Positions 17,544 to 27,098 of a stretch of DNA of 64,000 nt are shown one piece after another. The notes below the pieces were generated by a model. It worked only from the letters and a program-made list of their open reading frames with translations, did not search any database and was not told where the DNA came from. Made by a program: the position numbers and the translations under genes. Numbering within the stretch: position 1 is the stretch's first letter; each line of letters opens with the position of its first letter. Source of the stretch: Candidatus Harrisonbacteria bacterium (GTDB lineage: Bacteria > Patescibacteriota > Minisyncoccia > UBA6257 > UBA11618); contig JAHFLO010000001.1 in NCBI GenBank assembly GCA_023244855.1, positions 5,895-69,894 on the forward strand, in the 5' to 3' direction.

Positions 17544-17726
17544 GCTCAATTCCTTTTCCATCCAAGAAAACGAAACGTGATTTCAGAAACGAGACGTGAA
17601 AATCTGACGAGTCCCGCGCGGACAACTACTCCATTTCTCTGCGTCGGGGTTAGAGAACGTTAAAGAGCTGGAACGCATAACCACCATACCCCTTGCGGCG
17701 ACGGCGTGTCAAACGAAGAAAATCGC

Positions 17727-18149
17727 TCAGTAATACAGCGATCGGTCAATCGGAATATCGAGGCTCGTCATATTCCCAACCGCCGTCTTAAACGTACCAA
17801 CACCGCCGTTTTCGATAGGCAGTACTTCGTAACGGCTTTTATCCAGCTCGCACGAAGCGAGACACATGACGATACGCGCCTTTTGCTTGTTCCCGCTCCT
17901 GAAGCGGAGGAAAACAAAAGGATCTTCTTCGCCGATAGGCTTGCCCGTAAAAACGCACATCAGGGTTCCCGCATCCGGAAACTTAACACCCACCAATTGC
18001 CTATGCTCGACCCATTTACCGATCCGCTTAATCGTAGTGCTACTAGCACGGATAGTGCTCGCAGTCGGATTCGACTCTACGCCGAGCCCGATTTCATGAG
18101 AGGTAGGAACGAAGCCGGTCGCTAATTCACCACGACGATCCTTAAACAT
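17727..18149 (-). CDS. Hypothetical protein (islet gene)
   Basis: 140 aa. GGAGG 8 nt upstream of the ATG. TTGACA-17-TATCGT promoter and an upstream terminator at about 18225-18262. Confidence 0.55.
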   Translation of the reverse strand: MFKDRRGELATGFVPTSHEIGLGVESNPTASTIRASSTTIKRIGKWVEHRQLVGVKFPDAGTLMCVFTGKPIGEEDPFVFLRFRSGNKQKARIVMCLASCELDKSRYEVLPIENGGVGTFKTAVGNMTSLDIPIDRSLYY

Positions 18150-18334
18150 ACAGAATTCCTCCGTTAAAGAATCAAAGAGCTATTTGAACGCAAAAATACG
18201 ATACCCTTACTAAGAAAATATGTCAAATAAAAACGGGTTCGGCAGCCCCAATACCGCCGAACCCGCCTCTCTTAATCTTCGCTTCAACAAGTCTGAACGT
18301 TAGTCCTCCTTAAAAAGGAATGTGTGGAAATCCA

Positions 18335-18389
18335 CTCCCAGCATACGCAACGGAGTTTTTTGGATCACCTCCTTTCGAAAGACTGGGAG
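18335..18389. other. Hairpin containing a 16-nt copy of the 16S rRNA 3' tail (+ strand), equivalent to a 15-nt perfect SD on the - strand
   Basis: TGGATCACCTCCTTTC at 18361-18376 sits inside the stem ctcccag(18335-41)/ctgggag(18383-89). A second CCTCC lies at 18305-18309. Confidence 0.5.
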
Positions 18390-18430
18390 CTATATACATA
18401 GTACGCCCCCATAAAAATAAAAAGCAATTG

Positions 18431-18512
18431 TGCCCGGGGAGAGACTCGAACTCTCATGCCTTGCGGCGCGCGCTCTTAAGGCGCGTGCGTATAACCATTT
18501 CGCCACCCGGGC
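18431..18512 (-). tRNA. tRNA-Leu (anticodon UAA)
   Basis: Acceptor GCCCGGG/CCCGGGC, anticodon arm CGCGC-CTTAAGA-GCGCG, long variable arm, T arm GAGAG-TTCGAGT-CTCTC. 82 nt. Confidence 0.85.
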
Positions 18513-18527
18513 AATTTTCAGTTTCGG

Positions 18528-18599
18528 AGGCCATGATCGGAATCGAACCGATGTATAGGAGTTTTGCAGACTCCTGCCTTACCACTTGGCTACATGGCC
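18528..18599 (-). tRNA. tRNA-Cys (anticodon GCA)
   Basis: Acceptor GGCCATG/CATGGCC, anticodon loop CTGCAAA, discriminator U, T arm ATCGG-TTCGATT-CCGAT. Confidence 0.85.
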
Positions 18600-18606
18600 C
18601 TTCGAT

Positions 18607-18945
18607 TTATAACGAAGTATCGCTCCCCATGAGCTTTTTTTCAATAAGAGCGGCGCGCTGGGGACCTAAATCGAGCTCGAAGGCTATGCGTGGAATAGGC
18701 TTTATGTTCATCTGGCGCACGAGCATGCCCTGAAACCTACCCGCGAATTTAGAAAGTATACGTATTGCCTCCGGACCCTGCTCGTCTGGTAATACCGATA
18801 CGCGTACGCGCGCCTCGGATAAGTCCCCTGCCACGACTACTTCGGTGATAGTTGCGAGCATATCCTTTAATTCTAATTCCTCGCGGATCATGCGCGCCAA
18901 ATTCGTACGGACCTCCTCACCCATGCGCTCTTTGCGGAAGTTCAT
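18607..18945 (-). CDS. rbfA: Ribosome-binding factor A
   Basis: 112 aa. RMGEEVRTNLARMIREEL..ATITEVVVAGDLSEARVRVSV is the RbfA pattern. Lies directly downstream of infB. Confidence 0.85.
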   Translation of the reverse strand: MNFRKERMGEEVRTNLARMIREELELKDMLATITEVVVAGDLSEARVRVSVLPDEQGPEAIRILSKFAGRFQGMLVRQMNIKPIPRIAFELDLGPQRAALIEKKLMGSDTSL

Positions 18946-18946
18946 A

Positions 18947-20380
18947 CTACTTGATGACGATCCTGTCTCCTACGCGGATATCAGCGTCCGACTGTACTAA
19001 AAGCCCGCACTCGTTGCCGGCTTCAACGTGGCCGACTTCTTTCTTGCCCGTCTGCAAGTTATCTATCATACCCGTACCCACTTCGGCATCCGCGCGGATA
19101 ATAATAACCTTTGCGCCGTTCTTCATTTCGCCCGCGGTCACTTTGCCGCCGATCACGTGGTTCTTCGCGCCCTTGTTGCCGAATAAGGCTAATACTTCAA
19201 GGTCGCCTAAAATAGCACCGCCCGTCGCTCTCAACACGCACATCGCCATTGCGTCCGTTAAATCGTAAATAACTTTCGAGGTTGTGATTTCAATACGGTT
19301 CGCCTTTGCTAAATATTCCGCCTGCTTCGTAGCCGCTACGCCGAAGCCTAAGACTATACCCTGCTTCGTTTCGCTTGCCACGAACCACTGCACGTCGCCG
19401 TCCGTGACGTCGCCCACGCCGGTGAGCGCAATGCGTATTACACACCCCTCCGGCACGGCAACCGCTTTTATAGCAGATGCGAGCGCTTCTAAAGGCCCCT
19501 GTGCATCCGCCTTCAAAATCGCGTTGATTACGATTCCCTGCTCCTTAGCGGACGACCGACGCGTAACAACGGGCACGGCCCGAGCAGGCGGTGCTACCTT
19601 TTCGCCTTTCGCGAGTTCACGGAATGCAATGCCAACCGGCGGCACATCCTTAAAGCCTGTTACCGCACACGGCAAGCCTGCCGCGCATTCCGCAATGCGG
19701 TTGCCGGCCGAGTCTTCAAGCGCCTTCACTTTTGCCGTAACATCCCCTACCGCGATTTCCGCGCCAATTTTTAAAACGCCTTCGAGCACCACGACATACG
19801 CCGTGACCCCGCGCTTACTATCCTTCGTCGCCTCTATGCAGTAACCAAGAGCCGGTGCGGCTTCGTCATATTCCAAATTCGCCACGTCGGCCGTGAGCGT
19901 TATCAAATCAAGCAAATCATCCACCCCGTCACCGGTCTTTGCGGAAATCCCCGCCCAGCTGACGTTGCCGCCGAACCCTTCGAGCAATACGCCCGCCTGC
20001 ATGAGCTCGCTCTTAACTTTTTCAAGCGGCACATTCATGTCCGTTTTCGTAAGCGCCACGACATACGGGGTCTGCGTTTCTTCAAGTACGCGAATAGCTT
20101 CTTTCGTTTGGTCTTCCACGCCGTCCGTCGAGGCAACCACAAGTACGGCAACGTCTGCCACGCGAGCACCGCGCTCGCGCATGGCGCCGAAGGCTTCGTG
20201 ACCCGGCGTATCAATAAACGTAAGCGGATGCCCGCCGTGCATCACGGCGTAGGCGTGTGTCGCCTGCGTGATACCACCTGCTTCGCCCGCAACAACATTC
20301 GTCTTACGGACATAGTCCAGTAAGGTTGTTTTGCCATGGTCTACATGGCCGACAATCGCGATTATAGGCGGGCGTTTCAT
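18947..20380 (-). CDS. infB: Translation initiation factor IF-2 (short, lacks the N-terminal domains)
   Basis: 477 aa beginning at the G domain (IIAIVGHVDHGKTTLLDYVRK, DTPGHEAF). Confidence 0.9.
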   Translation of the reverse strand: MKRPPIIAIVGHVDHGKTTLLDYVRKTNVVAGEAGGITQATHAYAVMHGGHPLTFIDTPGHEAFGAMRERGARVADVAVLVVASTDGVEDQTKEAIRVLEETQTPYVVALTKTDMNVPLEKVKSELMQAGVLLEGFGGNVSWAGISAKTGDGVDDLLDLITLTADVANLEYDEAAPALGYCIEATKDSKRGVTAYVVVLEGVLKIGAEIAVGDVTAKVKALEDSAGNRIAECAAGLPCAVTGFKDVPPVGIAFRELAKGEKVAPPARAVPVVTRRSSAKEQGIVINAILKADAQGPLEALASAIKAVAVPEGCVIRIALTGVGDVTDGDVQWFVASETKQGIVLGFGVAATKQAEYLAKANRIEITTSKVIYDLTDAMAMCVLRATGGAILGDLEVLALFGNKGAKNHVIGGKVTAGEMKNGAKVIIIRADAEVGTGMIDNLQTGKKEVGHVEAGNECGLLVQSDADIRVGDRIVIK

Positions 20381-20515
20381 AGTTAAGTCCCCTTAAAATA
20401 CCACGATTCGCCACTTCGGGCAATTATATCGAACGCTTGACCGCGCGCCCGCGGGAATGCATCCTAACGGCGTTCATTCCCATACCCCTATACACCCTTT
20501 ACAAGGAGAGTTGCT

Positions 20516-21058
20516 ATGGCGATCAATGCCACAGGGCGCGCAAAACTCGTGCGCCGCCTCCTTGACGACGCGCGGCTTCTGAAAGAATGGGCCGCGAGCG
20601 AAGGGATCATACCGGACAATACGGATACGCTTTTCGACCTTGCTCTCACCGTGACCGAAAAAAAGAAAAAAACCGTCGTCAAGTATAAGAAGAAGAGAGG
20701 GAAAGCAAAACTCCTCAATGCTTTTTTGAAAAACGACGACTGGGCAGCAATAAAGCAAGCGATTAAGTTTTCCACGGCGGAAGCCCCGCTTGCCATCTTC
20801 GAATTTTTCAGAAGTCGAAAGAATAGGGCTCTGAGCGAGGAGGAATTGGACGAGCTTCCGTATCTCAAAGAAACCGGGCAAAGATTTACCCACAAGGAAA
20901 CGACGTACCTGAACGTCCTTCTGAGACAGGCTGGCCTTCCCTACAACCTGCGCAGTATCGGCCGCGGAGAACGAGCGTACCGGTTCTTCATCGTCGAAGC
21001 GGAAGAAGCCCCGCGAAAAAGCAACGAACGGCAACTCGACCTTTTCGAGAACCCGTAA
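20516..21058 (+). CDS. Hypothetical Lys-rich protein (islet-type gene)
   Basis: 180 aa. acAAGGAGagttgctATG. TTGACC-17-CATCCT promoter, terminator at 21061-21093. Confidence 0.55.
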   Translation: MAINATGRAKLVRRLLDDARLLKEWAASEGIIPDNTDTLFDLALTVTEKKKKTVVKYKKKRGKAKLLNAFLKNDDWAAIKQAIKFSTAEAPLAIFEFFRSRKNRALSEEELDELPYLKETGQRFTHKETTYLNVLLRQAGLPYNLRSIGRGERAYRFFIVEAEEAPRKSNERQLDLFENP

Positions 21059-21060
21059 CG

Positions 21061-21093
21061 GACGCGACAGCCACTTGGTCGTCGCGTCTTTTT
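21061..21093 (+). terminator. Rho-independent terminator
   Basis: gacgcgac-agccacttg-gtcgtcgcgtc followed by ttttt. Confidence 0.75.
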
Positions 21094-21098
21094 GATTT

Positions 21099-21189
21099 AA
21101 AAGTTATCCCGATCCGCCAGTGCGCGGAGAGGTTAAAACTTTTCAATCATGTCCGGAGGGAAGCGAAGCGACGAGGACGATTCATTGAA
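21099..21189. repeat. Structured intergenic element, copy C (two-hairpin module, not next to a tRNA)
   Basis: Hairpin 1: aaaagtt[ATCCCGAtccgccagtGCGcgGAGAGGTTAa]aactttt (21099-21143). Hairpin 2: ttcaatca[tgtcCGGAGGGAAGCGAAGCGACGAGGACGAt]tcattgaa (21142-21189). Confidence 0.65.
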
Positions 21190-21213
21190 ACTAACCCCTA
21201 AACCTGCTAGAAT
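21185..21213 (+). promoter_or_regulatory. Promoter TTGAAA-17-TAGAAT; the ATG lies 7 nt after the -10 box (leaderless mRNA predicted)
   Basis: ttgaaa ctaacccctaaacctgc tagaat acggct ATG(21220). Confidence 0.55.
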
Positions 21214-21219
21214 ACGGCT

Positions 21220-21732
21220 ATGATAATCACCGCAGGATCCGACGGGAGCTTCAAATTGCAGACAGGTGGTATCACCCTTATGACCGAGGGTGTGGGTAGC
21301 GACAAGAGCCGCATGAAGCCCGACATCTTCCTGCGCATGGCGCGTAACGATGCGGAAACGCCCGAGGCAGGGTTCACCGTAAAAGGCGCAGGTGAGTACG
21401 AAATACAAGGCGTCGAAATCCGCGGCACGGAACCTTTCACGTACTTTTTAAAAGCCGAAGAAATGCGCCTTGTAGTGCTTTCGTCTGCAGACGTAAAGGC
21501 GCTCGAAGGGCTTATTAATATAGATATCGCAATCATACCGGACGGCGTGGCAATAGAAGGCATCGGCCGATTCCTCCGCCAACTCGAACCGAAAATGATA
21601 ATCGCGGCAGAGAAAGTCGCCGAGCAGATCCATAAAGATTTAGGGCTCGCAATAGACCGTACGGAAAAAATAACGGTAAAACGGAAGGATATTCCGTCTA
21701 CCGGAATGACACTCGCATGCCTCACCGCCTAA
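21220..21732 (+). CDS. Hypothetical protein
   Basis: 170-aa ORF with coding-like composition and no motif I can name with confidence. Confidence 0.5.
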   Translation: MIITAGSDGSFKLQTGGITLMTEGVGSDKSRMKPDIFLRMARNDAETPEAGFTVKGAGEYEIQGVEIRGTEPFTYFLKAEEMRLVVLSSADVKALEGLINIDIAIIPDGVAIEGIGRFLRQLEPKMIIAAEKVAEQIHKDLGLAIDRTEKITVKRKDIPSTGMTLACLTA

Positions 21733-22004
21733 GAGAGAGCGAATCGAATAACATAAAGCGCCGCCAACTGATATGGCTCTCAGTGGCTTCATCCGCCCTC
21801 ATAATCATGGTGTGGATTTTTTATATCGAGCGCACCTTTACCGGGCTATCCGCAGAACCCGCGGCGCCGCAAACCGACTCCGTATCGGTATTCAAAACAG
21901 GTCTCTCAACCATAAGCGAAACAATCACGACCGGCCTCGTAAACTCGTACCTGTATTTCCATACGGTTGCGTCCGAGGGAAAAACGTTTACCATAACCAA
22001 ATAA
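21717..22004 (+). CDS. Hypothetical small membrane-anchored protein
   Basis: 95 aa. One TM helix (LIWLSVASSALIIMVWIFYI). 16-nt overlap with the upstream ORF. Confidence 0.4.
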   Translation: MPHRLRESESNNIKRRQLIWLSVASSALIIMVWIFYIERTFTGLSAEPAAPQTDSVSVFKTGLSTISETITTGLVNSYLYFHTVASEGKTFTITK

Positions 22005-22008
22005 CGCC

Positions 22009-24447
22009 ATGAAGAAGAAAGACGAAGAAAAAGAAATCGCCGTAACCGGCAAAGTAGAACAGCGCGAAATTACGCAAGAACTGCGCGAGGCGTACTTGGA
22101 CTACGCGATGTCCGTAATCGTTTCGCGCGCCTTGCCCGACGTACGCGACGGCTTAAAGCCGGTACAACGCCGTATTTTGTGGGCTATGTGGGATGCGAAC
22201 ATAACAGCCGGCACGAAGCCGCGCAAATCTGCCTACATCACCGGCGAAACAATGGGTAAGTTCCACCCGCACGGCGACATGGCCATTTACGACGCCCTCG
22301 CCCGCATGGCGCAAGATTTTTCCCTTCGTTACCCCTTAATCAACGGCCAAGGCAACTGGGGCTCGATAGACGGTGACTCCCCCGCCGCCCAGCGGTACAC
22401 CGAATGCAAACTCGCCGCTATCACCGAGGAGCTTTTAATAGACATAGATAAGGAAACTGTCGACTGGCAGCCCAACTACGACGCCACGCGCGAAGAACCG
22501 AAGTGCTTGCCAGGCAAATTACCGAACCTCTTGCTTAACGGCGCGCAGGGCATCGCGGTCGGCATGGCAACGAGTATTCCGCCACACAACCTAACTGAGG
22601 TCGCGGACGCCACGCTCCACTTGATAGAAAACCCGGATGCCTCGAGCGAAGACTTGATGCAGCACATCCAAGGGCCTGACTTTCCGGGGGGCGGCATCAT
22701 TTACGACAAGCGCGCCATCGTTAACGCCTACGTTACGGGCCACGGCCCTATCACCTGCCGCGGCGTGGCAACGGTGGAAGACGACGAGCGCATCGTTATC
22801 ACACAGATCCCCTATCAGGTAAACAAGGCGGAAATGATCGTTAAGTTTGCCGAACTCGTAACCGAAAAGAAGGTGGAGGGTATTCGCGATATCCGCGACG
22901 AATCGGATAAAGATATCCGCATCGTGATCGAACTCAAAAAAGACGCCTCCGGCGAAAAAATCTTAAACCAGCTCTACCAGTACACGGATTTACAAAAGAA
23001 CTTTAACGTAAACTTACTCGCCCTCCGCGACGGCTTGCAGCCGGAGGTCATGTCTATTAAAGACATTATCGAGTGCTACATCGCCCACCGCAACGTGATC
23101 GTACGCCGCCGCGCGGAATTCGACCTGAAGAAGGCGCGCGAACGGGCACACATATTAGAAGGCTTAAAGAAAGCGCTCGAAGAGATCGACGCCGTTATCA
23201 ATACCATCAAGAAGTCGAAGGACCGCGCGGACGCCTTCGTAAACTTAATGAAGAAGTTCGCCTTTACAGACCTGCAGACGAACGCCATCCTCGACATGCG
23301 TTTACAAACGCTTGCCGCACTCGAAACGAAAAAGATCGAAGACGAGCTCGCAGAAAAGCGCGCTATTATCGCTGATCTCGAAGCACTCTTAAAAAGCGCC
23401 GCGCGTATTCTTACCGTTATTAAAAAAGAACTCGCCGACGTTAAGGCGCGCTTCGGCGACGCCCGCCGCACGAAGGTCGTGACGCACGGCTTAAAGGACT
23501 TTAACGAAGCGGACTTAATACCCGCCGAAGACGCCCTTATCACCTTCTCCGCAAGCGGGTACATCAAGCGCGCCCAGCCTAATATCATCAAGAGCCAGCA
23601 CCGTGGCGGCAAGGGCTTGATAGGCGCGGACGTGGGCGACGAAGACTTCTTGCAGCAGATCATGACGGCTAACACGCACGACAACGTCCTCTTCTTCACC
23701 ACGCGCGGCCGCGCCTTCCAGACGAAAGCATGGGACATACCCGTCGGCTCGCGCACCTCGAAGGGCAAGCTCGTGCAGAACTTCTTGGATATCGCGCCGG
23801 AAGAAAAAATAAGCGCCATCGTAAGCTACCCCGCAAAGCAGGGTGGCTATCTCGTAATGGTGACGAAGGACGGCATTATCAAAAAAACGCCGCTCAAGGA
23901 TTTTGAGAACGTCCGCAAGAACGGCATCATCGCGATAGGCCTTAAGAAAGAAGACGGGCTCGTATGGGCGGCCCTCTCTTCCGGCAAGGACGATATATTA
24001 GTAACAACCGCGCAGGGGCAAGCAATCCGCTTTAAGGAATCACAGATACGCGGCATGGGCCGCACGGCCGCAGGCGTCATCGCCATCCGCCACAAAGCGA
24101 ACGACCCGATCAATTCGTTAAACATTATCTCCCCCGAGAACGTAAAGACCACCCGCCTTTTGGTAGTCATGGAGCGCGGCTACGGCAAGCAGACGAAAAT
24201 CGGCGAATACAAAACGCAGGCACGTGGCGGCAGCGGTATCAAAACTGCTAAGATTACTCCTAAGACCGGCGTGGTAGTTTCGGCGCACGCGGTAAGCGAC
24301 GAAGAAGAGCTGTTCGTGCTTTCGGCCAAGGGCCAGATAATCCGCACGACGATTGCTTCCGTCCGTACCGCAAGCCGTGCCACGCAGGGCGTTAAAATTA
24401 TGAACTTAAACGCCGGCGACAAGATTATCGGCACGATATGCCTCTAG
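22009..24447 (+). CDS. gyrA: DNA gyrase subunit A
   Basis: 812 aa. [32 protein letters not shown]-terminal beta-pinwheel repeats. Confidence 0.95.
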   Translation: MKKKDEEKEIAVTGKVEQREITQELREAYLDYAMSVIVSRALPDVRDGLKPVQRRILWAMWDANITAGTKPRKSAYITGETMGKFHPHGDMAIYDALARMAQDFSLRYPLINGQGNWGSIDGDSPAAQRYTECKLAAITEELLIDIDKETVDWQPNYDATREEPKCLPGKLPNLLLNGAQGIAVGMATSIPPHNLTEVADATLHLIENPDASSEDLMQHIQGPDFPGGGIIYDKRAIVNAYVTGHGPITCRGVATVEDDERIVITQIPYQVNKAEMIVKFAELVTEKKVEGIRDIRDESDKDIRIVIELKKDASGEKILNQLYQYTDLQKNFNVNLLALRDGLQPEVMSIKDIIECYIAHRNVIVRRRAEFDLKKARERAHILEGLKKALEEIDAVINTIKKSKDRADAFVNLMKKFAFTDLQTNAILDMRLQTLAALETKKIEDELAEKRAIIADLEALLKSAARILTVIKKELADVKARFGDARRTKVVTHGLKDFNEADLIPAEDALITFSASGYIKRAQPNIIKSQHRGGKGLIGADVGDEDFLQQIMTANTHDNVLFFTTRGRAFQTKAWDIPVGSRTSKGKLVQNFLDIAPEEKISAIVSYPAKQGGYLVMVTKDGIIKKTPLKDFENVRKNGIIAIGLKKEDGLVWAALSSGKDDILVTTAQGQAIRFKESQIRGMGRTAAGVIAIRHKANDPINSLNIISPENVKTTRLLVVMERGYGKQTKIGEYKTQARGGSGIKTAKITPKTGVVVSAHAVSDEEELFVLSAKGQIIRTTIASVRTASRATQGVKIMNLNAGDKIIGTICL

Positions 24448-25661
24448 AAAAAAAGACCGTCTGGATAGCGGCGGGGTTTTGCGTACTGTTAGTCGTCGCT
24501 ATTTTAATCGCCACGGGCGCAATTAACCTCACTAAAAAGACTGCGAAGACGGAGCTTACGGTATGGGGGTTCGACAGCCCCTCTGTTTGGGAAAAATTGA
24601 CCGCAGAGTACCACGCAGACCACCCCACGGTTACCGTAACGTACCGCAGCCTCTCCCCCGCAACGTATGAAACTGATTTATTGAACGGCCTCGCAACCGG
24701 CAAGGGGCCGGATATCTTTATGATCATGAATCCGTGGCTTTCGCGGCACGGTAACAAAATGGTGCCGGCGCCGATCGAATTCGCAAGCGCGGCGATGGTA
24801 GACGCCACGTTCCCCACGGCCGCAACACAAGAACTGACGAATAGCGGCGCCGCGTACGCGCTCCCTTTATACATGGATACGTATGCCCTTATTTACAATA
24901 AGGATCTCTTCGATAAAGCAGGCGTTACGCTGCCGCCCGTAAACTGGCTCGCATTCCAAGACCTCGCAAAGAAGCTCGGTAAGAATTCCGTGGCATTTGG
25001 TGGATCCGAATCGACTATCGAAGGCGCTTCGGACATAGTAGCCCTTCTCATGATGCAAGACGGCGTGCCAATGACAGATAAAGACGGCAAGACACGCTTA
25101 ACCGGCGGCGAGGGCGCACTTTCTTTCTATACTAAATTCACCAACCCCAAGGGCGGCTACTACGCATGGGATAATAAACTCCCCACCGCATTCGAGCGCT
25201 TTGCCCGCGGCACACTCCCCGTACTTCTCGGTACGCACGCCGAAGTTGTGGCGCTCCGTAAGGCAAACCCAGCACTCCGCGTAGGTATAGCTCCCCTGCC
25301 GCAGGCGCCCCAAGCGCCGGTAAACTTCGCCACGTATGCGGCGCTCTCCGTATGGGTAGGTAGCGCACACCCCGTGGAAGCGTGGCAATTTATAAGCGAT
25401 ATTGCAGCAAATCCCACAAACGCCCTCTCATACGCCGCCGCAGCGAACGTGCCGCCTGCCCACCGCGCTCTTATTGGACAATTTGAAAACGATCCGGACG
25501 TAGGCGTATTCGTACGTGGGTCCCTTACCGCACGGCCGTGGTACCGGCTAAACGAAGCAACGGCGCGCGAAGCATTCTCTACCATGATAGAATCAGTGGT
25601 AAGCGGCGCAGCAACTCCACAGGCGGCTCTACGCGCAACTGAAGATTATTTAAACCGATAA
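24438..25661 (+). CDS. Extracellular solute-binding protein (ABC family 1-like), orphan
   Basis: 407 aa. N-terminal TM anchor. ELTVWGFDS...PDIFMIMNPWL pattern. No permease or ATPase gene nearby. Confidence 0.65.
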   Translation: MPLEKKTVWIAAGFCVLLVVAILIATGAINLTKKTAKTELTVWGFDSPSVWEKLTAEYHADHPTVTVTYRSLSPATYETDLLNGLATGKGPDIFMIMNPWLSRHGNKMVPAPIEFASAAMVDATFPTAATQELTNSGAAYALPLYMDTYALIYNKDLFDKAGVTLPPVNWLAFQDLAKKLGKNSVAFGGSESTIEGASDIVALLMMQDGVPMTDKDGKTRLTGGEGALSFYTKFTNPKGGYYAWDNKLPTAFERFARGTLPVLLGTHAEVVALRKANPALRVGIAPLPQAPQAPVNFATYAALSVWVGSAHPVEAWQFISDIAANPTNALSYAAAANVPPAHRALIGQFENDPDVGVFVRGSLTARPWYRLNEATAREAFSTMIESVVSGAATPQAALRATEDYLNR

Positions 25662-26038
25662 TGAATAACTTACTCGCACAGGCAACGTCCTTTTTCATCC
25701 AGTGCAAGGGGGACAAAAAATATTATGGGTCGGAGGAATCCATCTGCACCTTCGGGGACTTTCTCGACCTTCTCTACCGCATACTCCACCTTTCGATAAC
25801 TGTCCTCGCTCCCCTCGTCGTCGTGGCCGCCTGCATGTACGGATCCTTCCTCGTAATACTCTACGGGCAGGATCCGAAAAATCTCGTAAAAGGAAAAGCT
25901 GTTATAACGAACGCCGTCGTTGGCCTCCTGATAGTCTGGGGCGCATGGGCGGCCCTTAATACTTTTTTCTACGTCTTTAATATAACGCTCCCCTGCGGAG
26001 CCGTGTGGTACTCCATAACACCCTCATGCCGATACTAA
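25661..26038 (+). CDS. Small 2-TM protein, T4SS-pilin-like (TrbC/VirB2-type), paralog 1
   Basis: 125 aa. Central and C-terminal hydrophobic helices (ITNAVVGLLIVWGAWAALNTFF). Confidence 0.45.
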   Translation: MNNLLAQATSFFIQCKGDKKYYGSEESICTFGDFLDLLYRILHLSITVLAPLVVVAACMYGSFLVILYGQDPKNLVKGKAVITNAVVGLLIVWGAWAALNTFFYVFNITLPCGAVWYSITPSCRY

Positions 26039-26433
26039 TAACTCTACTAGCGCGCGGGGCGCCCGCCTCGATGTTCCCCTACCAAGGACCAGAAACCTCC
26101 GTCACGGACGAAGTGCGTGGTATGAGCCGTTTTTTACAAAACAAAGCCTTCAATAACGGCTACGAATCGGACGGCGGCATGAACAGCCTCCCTAACCCCT
26201 TAGGCGTAACGAACTTGCAAGATATCGTGGATAAGGTCATAAGCGCGCTTACGGTACTTGCCGTACCCGTCGTGCTCGCTATGGTTCTTTATGGCACCTT
26301 TAAAATAATCACCTCCGGCGGCGATCCGGCGAAGGCGGCAGAGGGCGGCAAAACCATACTCTACGCCGCAGCCGGCTTCGGCTTACTCCTTATATCAAAC
26401 GGTATCGTGTCGATAGTTCAGTCGCTCTTTTAA
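26005..26433 (+). CDS. T4SS-pilin-like small membrane protein, paralog 2
   Basis: ALTVLAVPVVLAMVLYGTFKIITSGGDPAKAAEGGKTILYAAAGFGLLLISNGIV is the TrbC/VirB2-like layout. True start uncertain (overlaps the upstream ORF). Confidence 0.5.
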   Translation: MVLHNTLMPILITLLARGAPASMFPYQGPETSVTDEVRGMSRFLQNKAFNNGYESDGGMNSLPNPLGVTNLQDIVDKVISALTVLAVPVVLAMVLYGTFKIITSGGDPAKAAEGGKTILYAAAGFGLLLISNGIVSIVQSLF

Positions 26434-26585
26434 TAGGAAGACGGAAAGGGGTGCGTGCTTTTTTAGAGGGTAAGACTTGGCCTAGCGGCCCGGAGCGCAC
26501 TCTAAAAAGGCACGTACCCCTTGTAGTTAAGAGTTATCCACAGACACACCGCGTAATACGTGATACTATTAACCTAAACATACCT

Positions 26586-27014
26586 ATGAAACATATCCGC
26601 ACTATTTACGGAGCATTCATCGCAAGCATTGTAATGCCCCTCTTCGCGTTCGCGCAGCCGTATCTCCCCGAATACGGGGGGTACCAAATAAATCCCCAAT
26701 TCGGTGGCGGCTTTGGCGGGAACAACTTCGGCGGTAGCTACTACGGCCAAACGCGCGGCCTGCAAGTAACGAACTTCTCGTCGGTTCTCGGCATTATCAA
26801 TACCCTCTTGGGCTATATGCAGGTTGGTATTTTCCTCGTTGCACTCTTTTACTTCCTTTGGGGAGCATACCTCATGGTAACGGGAGACGTTTCAGGCGGA
26901 GCCAAAAAAATGGGGTACGCCGCAGTAGGTATCGGTGCAGCCATTCTCGCCTTTAGCATTATCCCCTTCGTCTGCTTCGTGGTTGGATCGCAGGGACCGG
27001 CATGTCGGCTCTAA
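26586..27014 (+). CDS. T4SS-pilin-like small membrane protein, paralog 3 (Gly-rich N-terminal region)
   Basis: Start at MKHIRTIYGAF (signal-like). LVALFYFLWGAYLMVTGDVSGGAKKMGYAAVGIGAAILAF. Confidence 0.5.
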   Translation: MKHIRTIYGAFIASIVMPLFAFAQPYLPEYGGYQINPQFGGGFGGNNFGGSYYGQTRGLQVTNFSSVLGIINTLLGYMQVGIFLVALFYFLWGAYLMVTGDVSGGAKKMGYAAVGIGAAILAFSIIPFVCFVVGSQGPACRL

Positions 27015-27039
27015 CGGATCGAGATATATTTCAAAATCA

Positions 27040-27073
27040 AAAAAGCCGGATGCAAAACTGCATCCGGCTTTCG
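27040..27073. terminator. Bidirectional hairpin terminator
   Basis: aaaaagccggatgcaaaactgcatccggcttt. Confidence 0.75.
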
Positions 27074-27098
27074 TTTCAACTCGAATCCCTTTCACGAC

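Noticed and set aside
18361-18376. Fragment of a 16S rRNA gene
   Set aside because: Only the terminal 16 nt match. The upstream sequence has no resemblance to helix 44/45 (for example GTCGTAACAAGGTA), so it is reported as a motif and not annotated as rRNA.
21150-21180. SRP (4.5S) RNA, because GTCCGGAGGGAAGCGAAGCG resembles GUCCGGAAGGAAGCAGCC of helix 8
   Set aside because: The motif occurs in three copies with different flanks and lacks the complementary 3' strand of helix 8, so the resemblance is probably just purine-rich coincidence.
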